From contig CM060732.1 of NCBI GenBank assembly GCA_030704615.1, positions 4,836,001 through 4,900,000 on the forward strand: a stretch of DNA of 64,000 nucleotides. The letters are read 5' to 3'. The stretch comes from Takakia lepidozioides. Lineage: Eukaryota; Plantae; Bryophyta. The notes under the pieces were generated by a model. That model saw only the letters and a list, made by a program, of their open reading frames with translations, made no database searches and was not told the origin of the DNA. Made by a program: the position numbers and the translations under genes. Positions 1 through 15,712 of this stretch are shown here, in pieces. Numbering within the stretch: the stretch's first letter is position 1; each line of letters opens with the position of its first letter.

Positions 1-389
1 CAGAAAAATACAGAAATACAGAAAAGGGGTTCCACTCCCCCACACTTCGTGGGCATAGATAGAGGTAGCTGCATCAAACAATGAAATACAGAGATGTGAC
101 ATACAAAGATGTAAGACCATGGGATGACCCCCCCCTTTATGTACCAATTGAACGTAGTTCTCAGAATTCGTCGCTAGTAGTGCGGAGCAACACGAAGCCC
201 TAGTATTAAAATTATGAGGGACTGCTGAAAAGTGGTGGGTAGCTTGGTGGTTGGATGCATCAACCATTAACATAGGGGTTCCAGGTTCAAACCATGGCCA
301 TGGCACGATGGAAATTGTATATGTTCAAGGATTTGAATAAAGTACCATTAAATTTTTGTATCTCCAAGAAAATTCTAAGTCCCTCAAGC

Positions 390-612
390 GGATCTCCGCT
401 CCCCTACTCCCAATCGCTGCTCCCCTGTTCTCACATATGTACCGCTCCCCTGTGTTACCGCTCCCCTGTTATTACTGCCCGCTCCCTTGTGCTATTGCTC
501 CCCTGTTATACTGCTTTGCTGCTCCAATTACTGGGGAGCAGAGGAGCGGGGAGCAATAACAGGGGAGCGGAGGAACGGGGAACAGAAGAGCGGGGCAGCA
601 GGAACAGGGGAA
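390..612. repeat. Short GCTCCCCTGTT motif array followed by its reverse complement (imperfect foldback)
   Basis: Repeated (g)ctcccctgtt at about 398-505, then aacaggggagc/ggggagc motifs at about 530-612. Confidence 0.6.
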
Positions 613-687
613 TGCCACAATGGGAACAAAAGAGCAAGAGCTGGAAAGGGGGGAGCCTGGGGGCGTGAAGCATACAAGAGGGAAGCC

Positions 688-868
688 GGGTGGGAATTTG
701 ACCACGGGCCCTCGAGGGGCCCTCCGGTTAGCTCCGGGGATCGTACCGGCAAGCCCCTCGAGGTTGGGTGGGAATTTGACCAGGGGCCCTCGAGGGGCCC
801 TCCGGTTAGCTCCGGGGATCGTACCGGCAAGCCCCTCGAGGTTAGCTCCGGGGATCGTACCGGCAAGC
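688..868. repeat. 78-bp GC-rich tandem repeat, about 2.4 copies
   Basis: gggtgggaatttgacc...ggttagctccggggatcgtaccggcaagcccctcgaggtt starts at 688 and 766; a partial third copy lies at about 841-868. Confidence 0.9.
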
Positions 869-1275
869 CTCGCACGCGCGCATTAAACTCCCATCCTATG
901 TCTCCCATCCTATATCTCATTAAACTCCCATCCTATGTCTCGTGTAAAACCAAAATAATCCCCCCAGGGTTTTAATTTTTTTCCCTCTAATAAGTCTAAA
1001 TAAAATTCATCCCAGGGCCACTGTCCCCTGTTCTCTGTATATATATATTAAAAAAAATTCCATAAATCTGCAAAAAACTTGAACAGTGTTCCATTCTCTT
1101 TCCAGATTAATTCAACATCCTACAGGCACTTGAAGAATCTCTGGACCTCATTCCTGTCAAAACGAGACAGGGCTCCATTACATGCAGGATCCATCACTCA
1201 TTCTTCCTCCTCCATAGACTGTCACCACATTACTTACATTGGAAATACAGGGACGAAAAAACATCCCACAAAGTT

Positions 1276-5053
<3,778 letters not shown>

Positions 5054-6266
5054 CTCTCCTTTGAGTTGTTTCTCCTGTCTCCCTAACCTCAAAATACAGG
5101 TCGCTTTCACTCTATCCCTTTCTTGGCTCACTTGGGTTGCCCCTCCGTTCTCACGAGGATGGTGGTTTGATACCTCTGTGCACACTTTGTTCCCACTGTG
5201 TTCCCTACCACAGATACGTTCCAAAGAACATGATATCGAATCTGCCACGACACACACATGACGCAATGCTCCCGCAGATCCTTTACTTGATTCTCCTAGA
5301 TATGCCACGTCAGCAAGTCACTATGCGGATAGTGGCGAGTGGTAATTGCCAATCAGAAGAGCGTTAAGAGCCGGGTTCCAGGGAAGCTGCAAGCGCCCCT
5401 CATTGAATCGCCCCCAGGATTAAACTTGGCGCTATTGGCTTAGATAGAATAACCTGTAAGGGGCGCCCCCACGGATGCCCTTGCTAGGAGCATCTCCACC
5501 AGTGCACCCAAAATGCCCCGCCAAATGCCCTCTACCGGCCCGCTTGGCGAGGCTGATTCCCAAGATGGAGGAGGAGTAGTAGAAAAACCCATGCCGTGCA
5601 AGCCTGGTGCCTCGCTACCTTGGCCTTGCTAGCAGGGGCAGGACGTACTTTGGCTATAGAGAGCATGGCAAAGTGGGGCATTAATGAGGGTTGCAAACAC
5701 GTGTACAGTCCGCCCTCCATATGTGTTAATCTTTGGGAGTAAGAAAAATTGTAACACAAAGGATTGTAACACTTTAAATATACAAATTTAGGATCAATGA
5801 AAAGTAACATTTATAAAGTTCACTTTTACATGGGGAGCCCTAAAAAAAGTTCACGCTTAATAGAACTACGAGAAGGGAAAAATCGCCATCATGGCTGATG
5901 ATCTACAGGCAGTGAAGGTTGGAAGAAAGATTCTATGAGGGTATAATGTGAATGTGACATTCTCAATATCTCTACACCCTTTGCAAATTTCTCTAACTTG
6001 TCTACCAAGTGCATAACATCTGTTGACCTCTGCTGCAAGGAAGTAAGGCTGCAGCCCGTTGTAAGGAAAGACAAAGGTGTCAGTTAGGAGCGTACAGTCT
6101 GCCCTGGATAAATGTTAACAGTCGGGAGTAGAAAAAAATGATCATTTAGACAAGGTTAACACATTAACAGTTTATGAAGGGGTTAGTTGTAGCACATTAA
6201 CATTTACAGAATGTGACATTTAACAAATATAAAAATTATAAAATTAACACATATGAAATAAAGTGT

Positions 6267-6286
6267 TATATATATATATATATATA
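6267..6286. repeat. (TA)10 microsatellite
   Basis: Read directly from the sequence. Confidence 0.95.
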
Positions 6287-6859
6287 GGTGAACGGGACGG
6301 TGGCCCTGGATTAAGTTATTAAGATTATTTGAAGGGAAAATAAAACCCTTGAAGGCCCAAACGCCCGTTGAACCGTGACGGATATCCTGAAGAAGTATAA
6401 CCGTTAGTATATTCTATTCTCTCTTTGTTTGTGAGTCGTCTTTCATCTTTATTAATCACCTAATATCTAATTAGTACAACACATCTATCTAATCATATGT
6501 GGGTGGGCCTAACTATCAACAACCAAAAATCCGAAAACTGCATAGGTATTTCAAGAATATTTTAACTACACTCACTAAAAGACCAATCGATACCATCTAC
6601 TTGCAAAAGAGCTAACGCATGTACAAGTACCACATATGTGATCTCGTCCCTCGAAAACATCTTGCATGTTAAGTCTCAAAATGCCGAACATACATTCGTT
6701 ATATCTCCGAAATAACCTCCATATTAAGTCTTCAAATGTTGTACATAAGTAATACCAAAAGTATTACCTCACACTTACTTTCTGGTCTTCTGATTGGTTA
6801 TGTTTTAAGATGGAATCTTATCATAATCTAATTGGAACTTATACTACTTATGGAGCATA

Positions 6860-8352
6860 TCAATATATGAATCGAGACGTTTGTTTGTTTGTTTGTTTGT
6901 TTTGTTTTGTTTTGTAGCGTTGAGATGTCCCAAACCACAAGGCCCTAGCCCCCTGGTGCTTGGTACCGTTTGAAAGCCCTCGACGAGGAGGGGTGTACCG
7001 GCTTGGTCTCATGATTTTTGGACATGCAGTGTGGGAGATACGGAATTCCAAGTACTTTTGGTCACTGGAAATTCACAAAAAATAGCAAAAATCGCAAAGT
7101 GGGCATTCTTGGGAGAATGGTTGGAGCCTTGACGGGAGAGATATCAAGGGAAAGGTCTCCGGTTCAAATCTAGTCGTAGGCTCTGTGGAAAAAAACTTAC
7201 TTAGATGACATTGGACACTTGGGCCTCTACATGGGAGATGCACTTGGAGATATGAATAGAAGATTGCACTTGGGCTTAGATGGTCCTCAACACATGAGAC
7301 GCACTTGGAGATATGAATAGAAGATTGCACTTTGGCTTAGATGGTCCTCGACATAGGAGACGCACTTAGATACAAAGGAAATTGCACTTGGGCTTAGATG
7401 GGCCTCGACATAGGAGACGCACTTGGATACATAGGAAATTGCACTTGTGCTTAGATGGGCCTCAACATATGAGACGCACTTGGATACATAGGGAATTCCA
7501 CTTGGTCTTAGATTTCAATTCTTCACACATGGGCCACCGGCATAGGCTACACTAGAGGTCGCACTTGGGCCTCGATATAGGAGACGCATTAGGATACATA
7601 GAAGATCTTACACTTGGGCTTAGATGACATTGGACACTTGGGCCAACGGCACAATCTACCCAGATCAGGTCGCATTTGGGCCTTGACATAAGAGACGCAC
7701 TTGGATACATCGGGGATTGCACTTATACTAATTAGATGACCCTGGACACTTGGGCCAACGGCACAGGCTACCCTAAGGTAGCCTGTGCCGTTGGCCCAAG
7801 TGTCCACTATCATCTAAGTCCAAGTGCATCAATATATGAAGCACGCCATATCCAATCATTTTTTTTCCACAGAACCTACAACCAGATTTAAACCGGAGAC
7901 CTTTTCCTTGATACCTCCAAGTGTTATCCCCTATATTCAAGTGTATCTCCTATTTTGAGGCTCAAATGCCACCTTTAGGGTAGCTTGTGCCATTGGCCCA
8001 AATGCCCAGTGTCATCTAAGCCCAAGTGCAAGATCTCATATGTATCCTAGTGCGTCTCCTAGATGAGGCCCAAGTGCGACCTCTAGGGTAGCTTGTGCAT
8101 TGGCCCAAGTGTCCACTGTCATCTAAGTCCAAGTGCAATCCCCTATGTATCAAAGTGCGTCTCCTATGTCGAGGCCCAAATGCAACCTCTAGGGTCACCT
8201 GTGCTGTTGGCCCAAGTATCCAGTGTCATCTAAGTCCATGTGCAATCCCCTATGTATCTAGAGACCCTCCTGTTTGGGAGATCTAGGCCTAGGGTAGCCT
8301 GCGCCATTGGCCCATGGGTTAAGAATGAAATCTAAGTCCAAGTGCAATCCCC
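6860..8352. mobile_element. Foldback repeat insertion (possibly Helitron-like) flanked by a 63-bp direct repeat
   Basis: Begins A|TCAATATATGA followed by (GTTT)n at 6879-6913. gcacttgggcttagatg units at about 7200-7770 are mirrored by catctaagcccaagtgc units at about 7780-8350. The 63-bp direct repeat lies at 6799-6861 and 8353-8415. Confidence 0.55.
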
Positions 8353-8656
8353 TATGTTTTAAGATGGAATCTTATCATAATCTAATTGGAACTTATACTA
8401 CTCATGGAGCATATCTCCTCTTAAAATGAAGCCTTTATGGTGGAGTTAACATTTATGGAGGGCAAATTAACAAAGAGGGGAGTAAAAAATTGTTAACAAA
8501 TAACACTTAACATTTGCTAGGGTGCACAAGTAGGGGAGTAAAATTTTCTTAACATTTATGGTAGTTTAACGTTTATATAGGTAACATTTATCCAGGGCAG
8601 TCTCTAGCAAAATTGGATCGTCCCTTGTGAAAGGGACATCTTTTCTGCGCCCCTTA

Positions 8657-9500
8657 GAGCATCTCCTGCAACACGGTAAAACCACCCAGCCGGCACCAAT
8701 CTAGTCCCGCCGCAAAGGGCGGGGTCCAAAATAAACCCCAACGGTGCAATAACGCCAAATTATTTCCGGCGGGGCCGCTCAAATTTGTCTTTGCTCCAGA
8801 TGTTTCAATCCCTTACCTAACTACACGTGTCTTCAACCCTCATTAATCTGCTGGCCCGCCACATGTTTGAATGCCTTTCCTAACTACAGTCGGCCCTCCA
8901 TATCTGTGACCTCCATAAGCGTTAAAAAACTATATGTGTTAGCATAGTTCTTACTCCCTACTTGGGTAAACTAAGCAAGCGTTAAGTGTTTAACTATTAA
9001 ACACTGGTTACTCCCCTCTTTGTATAATGACCATGTGTATGTGTTAAAGTGCTCTTATCCACTCAAGTTAAGTCTATGATCAACTCAAGTGGGCATATAT
9101 AAAGGAGCTTAATAATAAAAGAACTGCATAGTTTCTGATCAAAGTGTAATCCCAATAGGTTTTAAAGATGCACAAGTTGCGCTTGAAACATTGCATAATG
9201 CTATTGATTTCCATCCAAAGTAAGTTAGATTTTAGGAGAGGGAATGATTTTTGACATCTTCATCCAAAACTTATATTAATTATCATTTACTATGTCATGG
9301 GCCCACATGGCAATTGGTGCCAAGATTTCTAGAGGGGTAAATGAAAAGGTGTCCATAGAACCACCATTTTTCATTTTTAAGAGGCGATTCCCACCTGGGG
9401 CGCTTGCTTGGGGGGGGCGATTGGGAGTGCCCATGGAACCCGGCTCTAACCCTTAACTGCCGGCGCGACCCAAAACGGGTCGCACCATATATCATCCAGA
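8657..9500. mobile_element. MITE patchwork: PIF/Harbinger-like end (TTA|GAGCATCTCC) with a pogo-like end (TA|CAGTCGGCCCTCCATATC); related ends at about 5488 and 5706
   Basis: Terminal motifs at about 8657 and 8888. attaatgagggttg..acacgtgta at about 5680 recurs reverse-complemented at about 8822-8847. Partner ends were not resolved. Confidence 0.4.
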
Positions 9501-10322
9501 TTTGTAACTTTTGCAGATGTGCATGGAATTAATCCATCCCTAAAGCGAAATTATAGCCTGCGACCTGACTCAGCCTGTCCAACAAAAAAAATAGAAAAGT
9601 TTTAAGAGCTCCAGCATGTAGGATTTTTAGAAAATGGCGGGGTCCCAGATTTGGGCCCCCACCACCGAGTTGATTGTCAATGTGGCAGGCAGCATACCCC
9701 CTCCAAGGTAAAGTCGGCGGCGGGGCCGTGCTGGGCGTGTGGCAATCCACCCCATGGGCTGCGAGGCCACCACCCTTGCATGGCCACGTGGCCGCCCTTC
9801 CATCATTCTGCCCTAAAGTCTTGCCGGAGGTGGCAAAGTTTCAGGCCAGATTTACTTTGAATATAAATGATAAAATACACCTATTTTTTCCTTGAATTTC
9901 TAAATTTTTGTGGCACATGGCTGTCAATGCTACATTGCAATGGTTTCACCAAAGGAATCTCAAAAATTTACACAATTTATGTGTTTTGTGTGCAGGGTTG
10001 ATTCCATTTTCAAGCTTTTGGTTATGGAGGAGTTTCCAACCCCTCTCAATTCAGCTACAAAGGAACCACCTTGCAGATAGCTTAGTCTTGATTGAAATTT
10101 GGAGTGTTTATGGATTATCTACCAAAGAATAGGAATACTAAGGTTTGACACAAAGAAAAAATCATAATGCTTGCTCCATTGCATGGTCAAAGCAAAAAAC
10201 TATGGTTTAGTTTTTTGTGGAATAGATTTTGTCCCAACAAGATCATTATAATCTTCTATGATCCAAGGTGGATTCCTCCCACATTTGGTATGGAGGTGCA
10301 GGTGCTAGGTATACATCTATAT

Positions 10323-12527
10323 TGTCATGGTTTTAGTCATGGTTAACTAAAATTACCTACTTCTAGTTAACTATGACATTTTGGATATTTATATTTGTAT
10401 TTTGTGTGTTGGGACTTCATTTTGTCTCATATGCCAAGTGAGGTGTCAAGCCTCACTTGAGACATGGGGATAGGTTTTCCCCTTGTGAGGGTTGAGGAGG
10501 CTCATCTTCCTGTAGTTGAGCCTCCATGAGCCTCTCCCACCTCCATAGCTCTAGGTATTGAGAAGGAGTGTGGTGAGGGCTTTGTAGGGTGGATTCCTTT
10601 AGCAAAGGTGCCCTTGGCTTGACTTAGTTTATGTTGGATTCATGAGTGGAGTGTTTTCATTGTGCTCACTTTCATTATCACTACAAGAAGATGATTTATG
10701 CTTGTGAGTGCGGAGTGTAAGGATTAGTTTAGCATTTGTGTTGGTGTATACCAAAGAGTGAAAGATCAAGGAAAAGCTCAAGTATCTCACAAGGCTTGCA
10801 AAGTGTTGCAAGGGAAAGTGTTTTTGCATTGCATCAAGGAGGTGGAGAACTCAAGGAGAGAGCTCTCGAGTTACAAGACTTTGCAAGTATTGCAAGGGGA
10901 AAGTCTTGTGTGTGTGAAAGCAAAAGGTTTGAAAGTTTGAGAAGAGAGCCAGAAGAATGAGCGCCATCTCTTGTATCTCAAGTGTTGTGACAACCATTTG
11001 CCAAGGAAGTGGCTTGTATGGTGAGAAGAATGTATTGAGGGTTTGAGAAGCATTGTTTTGTTCTACAGAGGTGGAGAGCTTAGTTGCGAAAGGAGGTAAA
11101 AAGCTTTGTTCTTGAGTTCCAAAGAGAGGTGAAGCTTGTTGTGTGGCAAATGCATTGCTAGGGGAGTTGGAACCAAAGCTTGGTTGCACCTTGAGGTGAA
11201 GAAGATCAAGAGAGCATGTCTTGGTATCACATGGAACTCATGAAGGCTTGAGAAGATCAAGCAGGAAGTTGAAGGAAGCACAAACCCCAGCATGGGATGC
11301 ACAAACCCTAGCATGAGATGCATATGAAACCCTAGGTTCATGGGAACGGTCACTATATCATGGGAACGGTTACTATAGGTTAGGAACTGTCACTATAGAT
11401 TGGGAACAGTAACTATATCCGATAGAAACGGTCATTATAGGCTGGGAACATAGTGACATATAAAGACAATATAGGGATTTTGGAGGATTTTCAAGGGCCT
11501 TTGGAGGATTGTTTGGGGGATCTTTAGGGTCCTTTGAGGCGCTTTTGGAAGACACTTTGAGGAGCTCTTGAAGGGATGTTTGGATGACTGTTTGGAGGAC
11601 TATTTGGGATCATTGAAGGTCAATATTTGGCAGATTTTTGGAGCCTTTGGAGGGCTATGTGGAGGACTATTTGGGGTCCTTGAAGGCCAATATTTGGCAA
11701 GTTTTTGGAGCCTTTGGAGGGCTGTTTGGAGGGCTGTTTGGGGTCCTTGGAGGCCAATATTTGGCGAGCTTAAGGAGTCTTTGGCGACTTGTTTGAGGGA
11801 CTATTTGGGTTCCTTGAGGGCCAAGATTTGGCAGGCTCTTGGGGCCTTAGTGTACTGTTTGGAGTCCCACTATGCAAGCTTTGGGAGGCTTAGTGTGATT
11901 GTTTGAGAAACATCTTAAGGGCTCATGGAGAGTTATTTGAGAAACCCTTGAAAGGTAGTCTTGTCTATTGCTTAAGCAAGGTAAGATAATGGGATAAGAG
12001 CATGCTGGGATTAGGAATTGCTTTAGTCTCTCTTCCTTGTAGTCTCTCACTCTCTCTGTAGGCCAAAACCTTTCCGTAGGTGGAGGCAAGAGTCAGTACG
12101 GGTTTGGGCTGGGATGTCCTTGCAGGAGCGACACTGTGGAGTATTTTTGGTGTGGGGGAGTTGTTGTTTTGATTTTCTTGTGTTTGGATCCCCTCCACAC
12201 CTGCATGCTTGACTGTGCGTCATGTTAACTTTGTTTGGGCGCTTGTTTTCATAGGAGGTTGGTCCGGATTTGATCACCGGCCAATCCTAGAGCGTGCTGT
12301 CGGTGGTGAGGTTGGGGTGATGACCAGTCATACCATCATTGTTTATCTTATGGTGAGGCTGGGTTGATGACTAGCAGACCATAGGAGTGCTTGCGGTGGA
12401 TGCAGGTACTGCAGGTTTATGTTATGAACCTAGTTTTCCAAACCATAAGCCGCAACAAGTTCTCTACCCGGTTATCTTGTGGAAAGTGGGGATTAGAGAG
12501 ATGTTCACAACCGGTTGGGTTGTGACA
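10323..12527 (+). mobile_element. LTR family A, solo-LTR-like copy (TGTCATGG...GGTTGTGACA)
   Basis: TGTCA...TGACA termini; homologous to 38672-41700, 35880-37688 (reverse) and 48200-48566; internal ggaggac/gtcctt tandem repeats. No matching TSD; the right end overlaps a CACTA terminus. Confidence 0.75.
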
Positions 12528-13800
12528 CTACTGCAAATAGGGGGGGTTAGCGACGCCAACCGCGCCCCCACGCGTAGCGCAGCACTGGCTCCGTGCGACG
12601 CCAGCCCCACGGCCCCGTTTTGTGATGCCCTGGAGTCGTCATCCGCCACGGCGTGCCATCTTGCCCGTGCGTCGCCAGGTAGGTTGGACCCAGCGCCGGG
12701 GCCAGGTTGCGACGCCCGGACGTCGCAAGGTGCAATGAAGGGCAAAAAAACAGCCCACCCTTGTGACGGGTTTTTTTCTTGCGACGGATGGGGGTCGCTA
12801 GTCAACGTTGCCTTTTTGTTTGAGTTAAAGGGCCAGCGCCGTTGCCAATCTACGACGCTCGGGCTTCACAAAGTACAATGAAGGGCAAGAAGGCAGCCTA
12901 CCCTTGTGACAGGTTTTTTTCCTGGCGACGGATGGGGGTCGCTAGTCAACGTTGTATTTTTGTTTGAACTTTAAAAGGTAGGGAGAGGGGGTGGGGATGG
13001 GGGATAGGACACTGGGGGGTTTCCCACATTTTATTTTATTTTTATTTTTTTTGTGGCCCCTCTTTCTCTTTGTCCCTCTGTCCCTCTCCCTCTTGTTCAT
13101 CTGGCCCTCTCCCGCTGTTCCTCTCTCTCTCCCTTTCTCTCCCCCTCTCTCCCTTCCCGGTGGGGGCGTTAGGCCATCGAGCTTTGAAAAACCATGTTTA
13201 GGAAGAAATGAGACTCCTTCTTCAATATGCCCACATCCATTGTTTTCTTAATCAACTCTTGTAGATAGCTCGTGTTGCTCAAAACTGCTGGAAACATTCG
13301 TTGGGAATGACTTCATCCTGTTAGTTACATTGTGTGGAACATTAGTATCTGGCTTCGACAGTGTTTTCAGGCCGGATTCAATCTCCACTGTGTATTTGCG
13401 CTTTGGCAAGCTTTTGGCCCGAATCCTACGGAGCCATAAATCCACCCCAGTATGGTTCCAAGGATACTCCCTAGGTGATGGAGTTGCTTGCCTTCGTTTG
13501 CCAAACTTGTCAAACACTCGAACGGTAAAACGAGAGTGTGAAACGAGAGTGAATACAAGCTGGTCTCCGATTTTGAAGTCGTTGTCAAATGCAAACTCCC
13601 TCCAGCCTAGAACCGCGAAACAACATTCGCTCTCACGTCAGATAACTTCCATAGAACCTCGGTGAGTCTTATCGGTGAGTCTTATCGTCGGTGGGGCTGT
13701 CGGCGACGCCCAGCCGTCGCAAGGTGGCATGGAGGGGAAGATGGAGGCCCCAAGGGAGCCGGGACATGCGACGGCGGGGCGTCGCAGCGGGGGGGTTGCA
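12526..13800 (+). mobile_element. CACTA (En/Spm) left end with GCGACG subterminal repeats and a captured gene fragment
   Basis: CACTACTGCAAATAGGGGGGG at 12526. Many gcgacg/cgtcgc motifs at 12549-12950 and 13690-13790, with an internal tandem duplication (about 12732-12810 and 12876-12954). No right TIR found. Confidence 0.7.
13190..13665 (-). pseudogene. B3 DNA-binding domain (REM/VRN1-like) gene fragment
   Basis: The minus frame reads ..CFAVLGWREFAFDNDFKIGDQLVFTLVSHSRFTVRVFDKFG.., matching the C-terminal half of the B3 consensus (GWxxF..DN.L..GD.LVF..F.V..FD); stops flank it. Confidence 0.8.
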
Positions 13801-13827
13801 AGTTGGACAAAAGAATCACCTTGAATC

Positions 13828-14215
13828 CACTACAACAGATGAGCGTTTTTATGACTGCACATATGACTATTTTTTCAGTCCTATATGCGTTCATGACTAT
13901 ATCACTCTGCAGTGAAAAAAGCCCTGTCATAGCGTTTTGCAAGTCATAGCCGTGACTGCGTACGTGGCACCTGGAGTCATGCTGTAGAGAGGATGTAGTC
14001 ACAACTATATGATTTATATAGACTAACTATATGACTACATGTCTACAAAGTATAACTCCATTGGAGAGGCGTCAAAGAGACATATGTAGCACTCCGGATG
14101 TGACACGTGTCCACATGGACAACATATATGACCCACACGTGGGAAAGAATATCGTATCATATAATGCCACGTTGCCATGATGTAGTCATGAATATATAAC
14201 TTCATGACTAAAGAG
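13828..14215 (+). mobile_element. Second CACTA left end
   Basis: CACTACAACAGATGAGCGTTTTTATGAC at 13828 followed by repeated atgacta/tagtca motifs. Confidence 0.75.
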
Positions 14216-14474
14216 GTTTTTTAATAATATTTTATTTTAATAAGTTAAATCATACATAATATTTAGATTATTAATTGATTTAAATTCTCATTAGGTATCT
14301 AGGAAAATAGAATGGAAGCCATTGTTGTCTTTTTTTATTATTTTTATTTTTGTTAACAAAGAGGGACAGTGGGGACATTGGCCTCTAGAACTTTATAGGT
14401 AATGGACATAAAATGTCCTTGGATACAAAGAGGAAAAATAACCTCTGGATAGAGTGTCATAGAGGCTGAAAGAG

Positions 14475-15215
14475 GACCATCACATCCACCCAAATGCCGA
14501 ATATCAAAAGCCAAAAAAACAAAAAAAACAAAAAAAAAACACGGAGAGTGGTGATCGGTAACTGAAGTGATGGTCGACATCGATCATCACATCCACCCAA
14601 ATGCCGAATGTCAAAAAAAAAAAAAAAAAAAAAAAAACGAAAAGTTATGATCTGCGGCACCGAAAGAAGTGATTGTCGGCACCGACCATCGCATCCACCC
14701 AAATGCCGAATGTCCAAATATATATATATATATATATATGATCGGCGGCACTGGCAGAAGTGATGGTCGGCACCGACCATTGCATCCGGCAAAATGCCGA
14801 ATGTCAAAAGCCAATTTAAATTTAAATTTCATTTAATAATAATAATAATAATAACAGAAAGTGATGATCAGCGGCACCGACAGAAGTGATGGTCGGTGCT
14901 GACCATCACATCCACCCAAATGCCGAATGTCCCAAAAAAAAAAAAAAAAAAAACGGAGAGTGATGATCGGCGGCACCGACAGATGTGATGGTCGGCACCC
15001 AAATGCCGAATGAAAGAAAAGTATTTAAAAATAAATAAATAAAAAAGGATCGGCGGCACCGACAAAAGTGATGGCCGGCACCGATCATCACATCCACCCA
15101 AATGCCAAATATCAAAAGCAAAAATAAAAATAAAAATAAATAAAAATAAATAAATAAATAACTAGAAGTAATGATCGGCACTGATCTTTCATCCACCCAA
15201 ATGCCGAATGTCAAA
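14475..15215 (+). repeat. About 8 conserved GC-rich units separated by variable poly-A/AT tracts
   Basis: Recurrent gatcggcggcaccgacagaagtgatggtcggcaccgaccatcacatccacccaaatgccgaatgtcaaaa with a period of about 90-125 bp. Confidence 0.9.
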
Positions 15216-15465
15216 TGCGAAAAAAAAAAAAAAAACAAAAAAAAAACAGTCTACGACTACCAATTCCGCGGCTACAGGCCCCTTTCTCCCTGTTCTGTCC
15301 GCGGTCATAGGTACGCCCGTGGAAATGACATGGCGAGGCGTAACGTGGCGTCAACCACGCTGGCGAAGACTGCTGACGTGGCGTCGGACCCTTGAGCCAA
15401 TGTGGCGAGAACCGGTGACGTGGCGTAAGCTTGGCCGCGCTCACAGGCTCACGCGGAGGCATCCC

Positions 15466-15712
15466 CCCCAAAACAACAAGTCTCCAGGGATGGATGGTAT
15501 CTCTGGCAATGCCCTCCTCTCTCTCACAAGGTGTCATTACCTTAATCTACAAGAAAGGAGACAGATCAAATGTGTCTAACTACAGACCCATTACCCTTTT
15601 AAATGTGGCCTACAGGATCATTGCGAAAGCATTGGCTCTTAGACTCCAACCACTATTACCATCCATCATAAGACCCAATCAGACTGGTTTTATTAAGGGC
15701 AGATATATCCTA
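15466..15712 (+). mobile_element. L1-clade LINE reverse transcriptase fragment
   Basis: NNKSPGMDG, then GVITLIYKKGDRSNVSNYRPITLLNVAYRIIAKALALRLQPLLPSIIRPNQTGFIKGRYI. Confidence 0.9.

Larger units (their letters stand above)
6095..8604. mobile_element. Non-autonomous Tc1/mariner (pogo-like) TIR element with nested insertions
   Basis: TA|CAGTCTGCCCTGGATAAATGTTA at 6095-6117 pairs with TAACATTTATCCAGGGCAGTCTC|TA at 8582-8604 (21/23 match), with TA on both sides. Confidence 0.7.

Noticed and set aside
294-975. Overlapping ORFs at the window start
   Set aside because: Explained by GC-rich tandem and inverted repeats.
14475-15215. CRISPR-like array
   Set aside because: Spacers are low-complexity A/AT tracts of variable length, the repeats are long and degenerate, there are no cas genes, and the context is eukaryotic.
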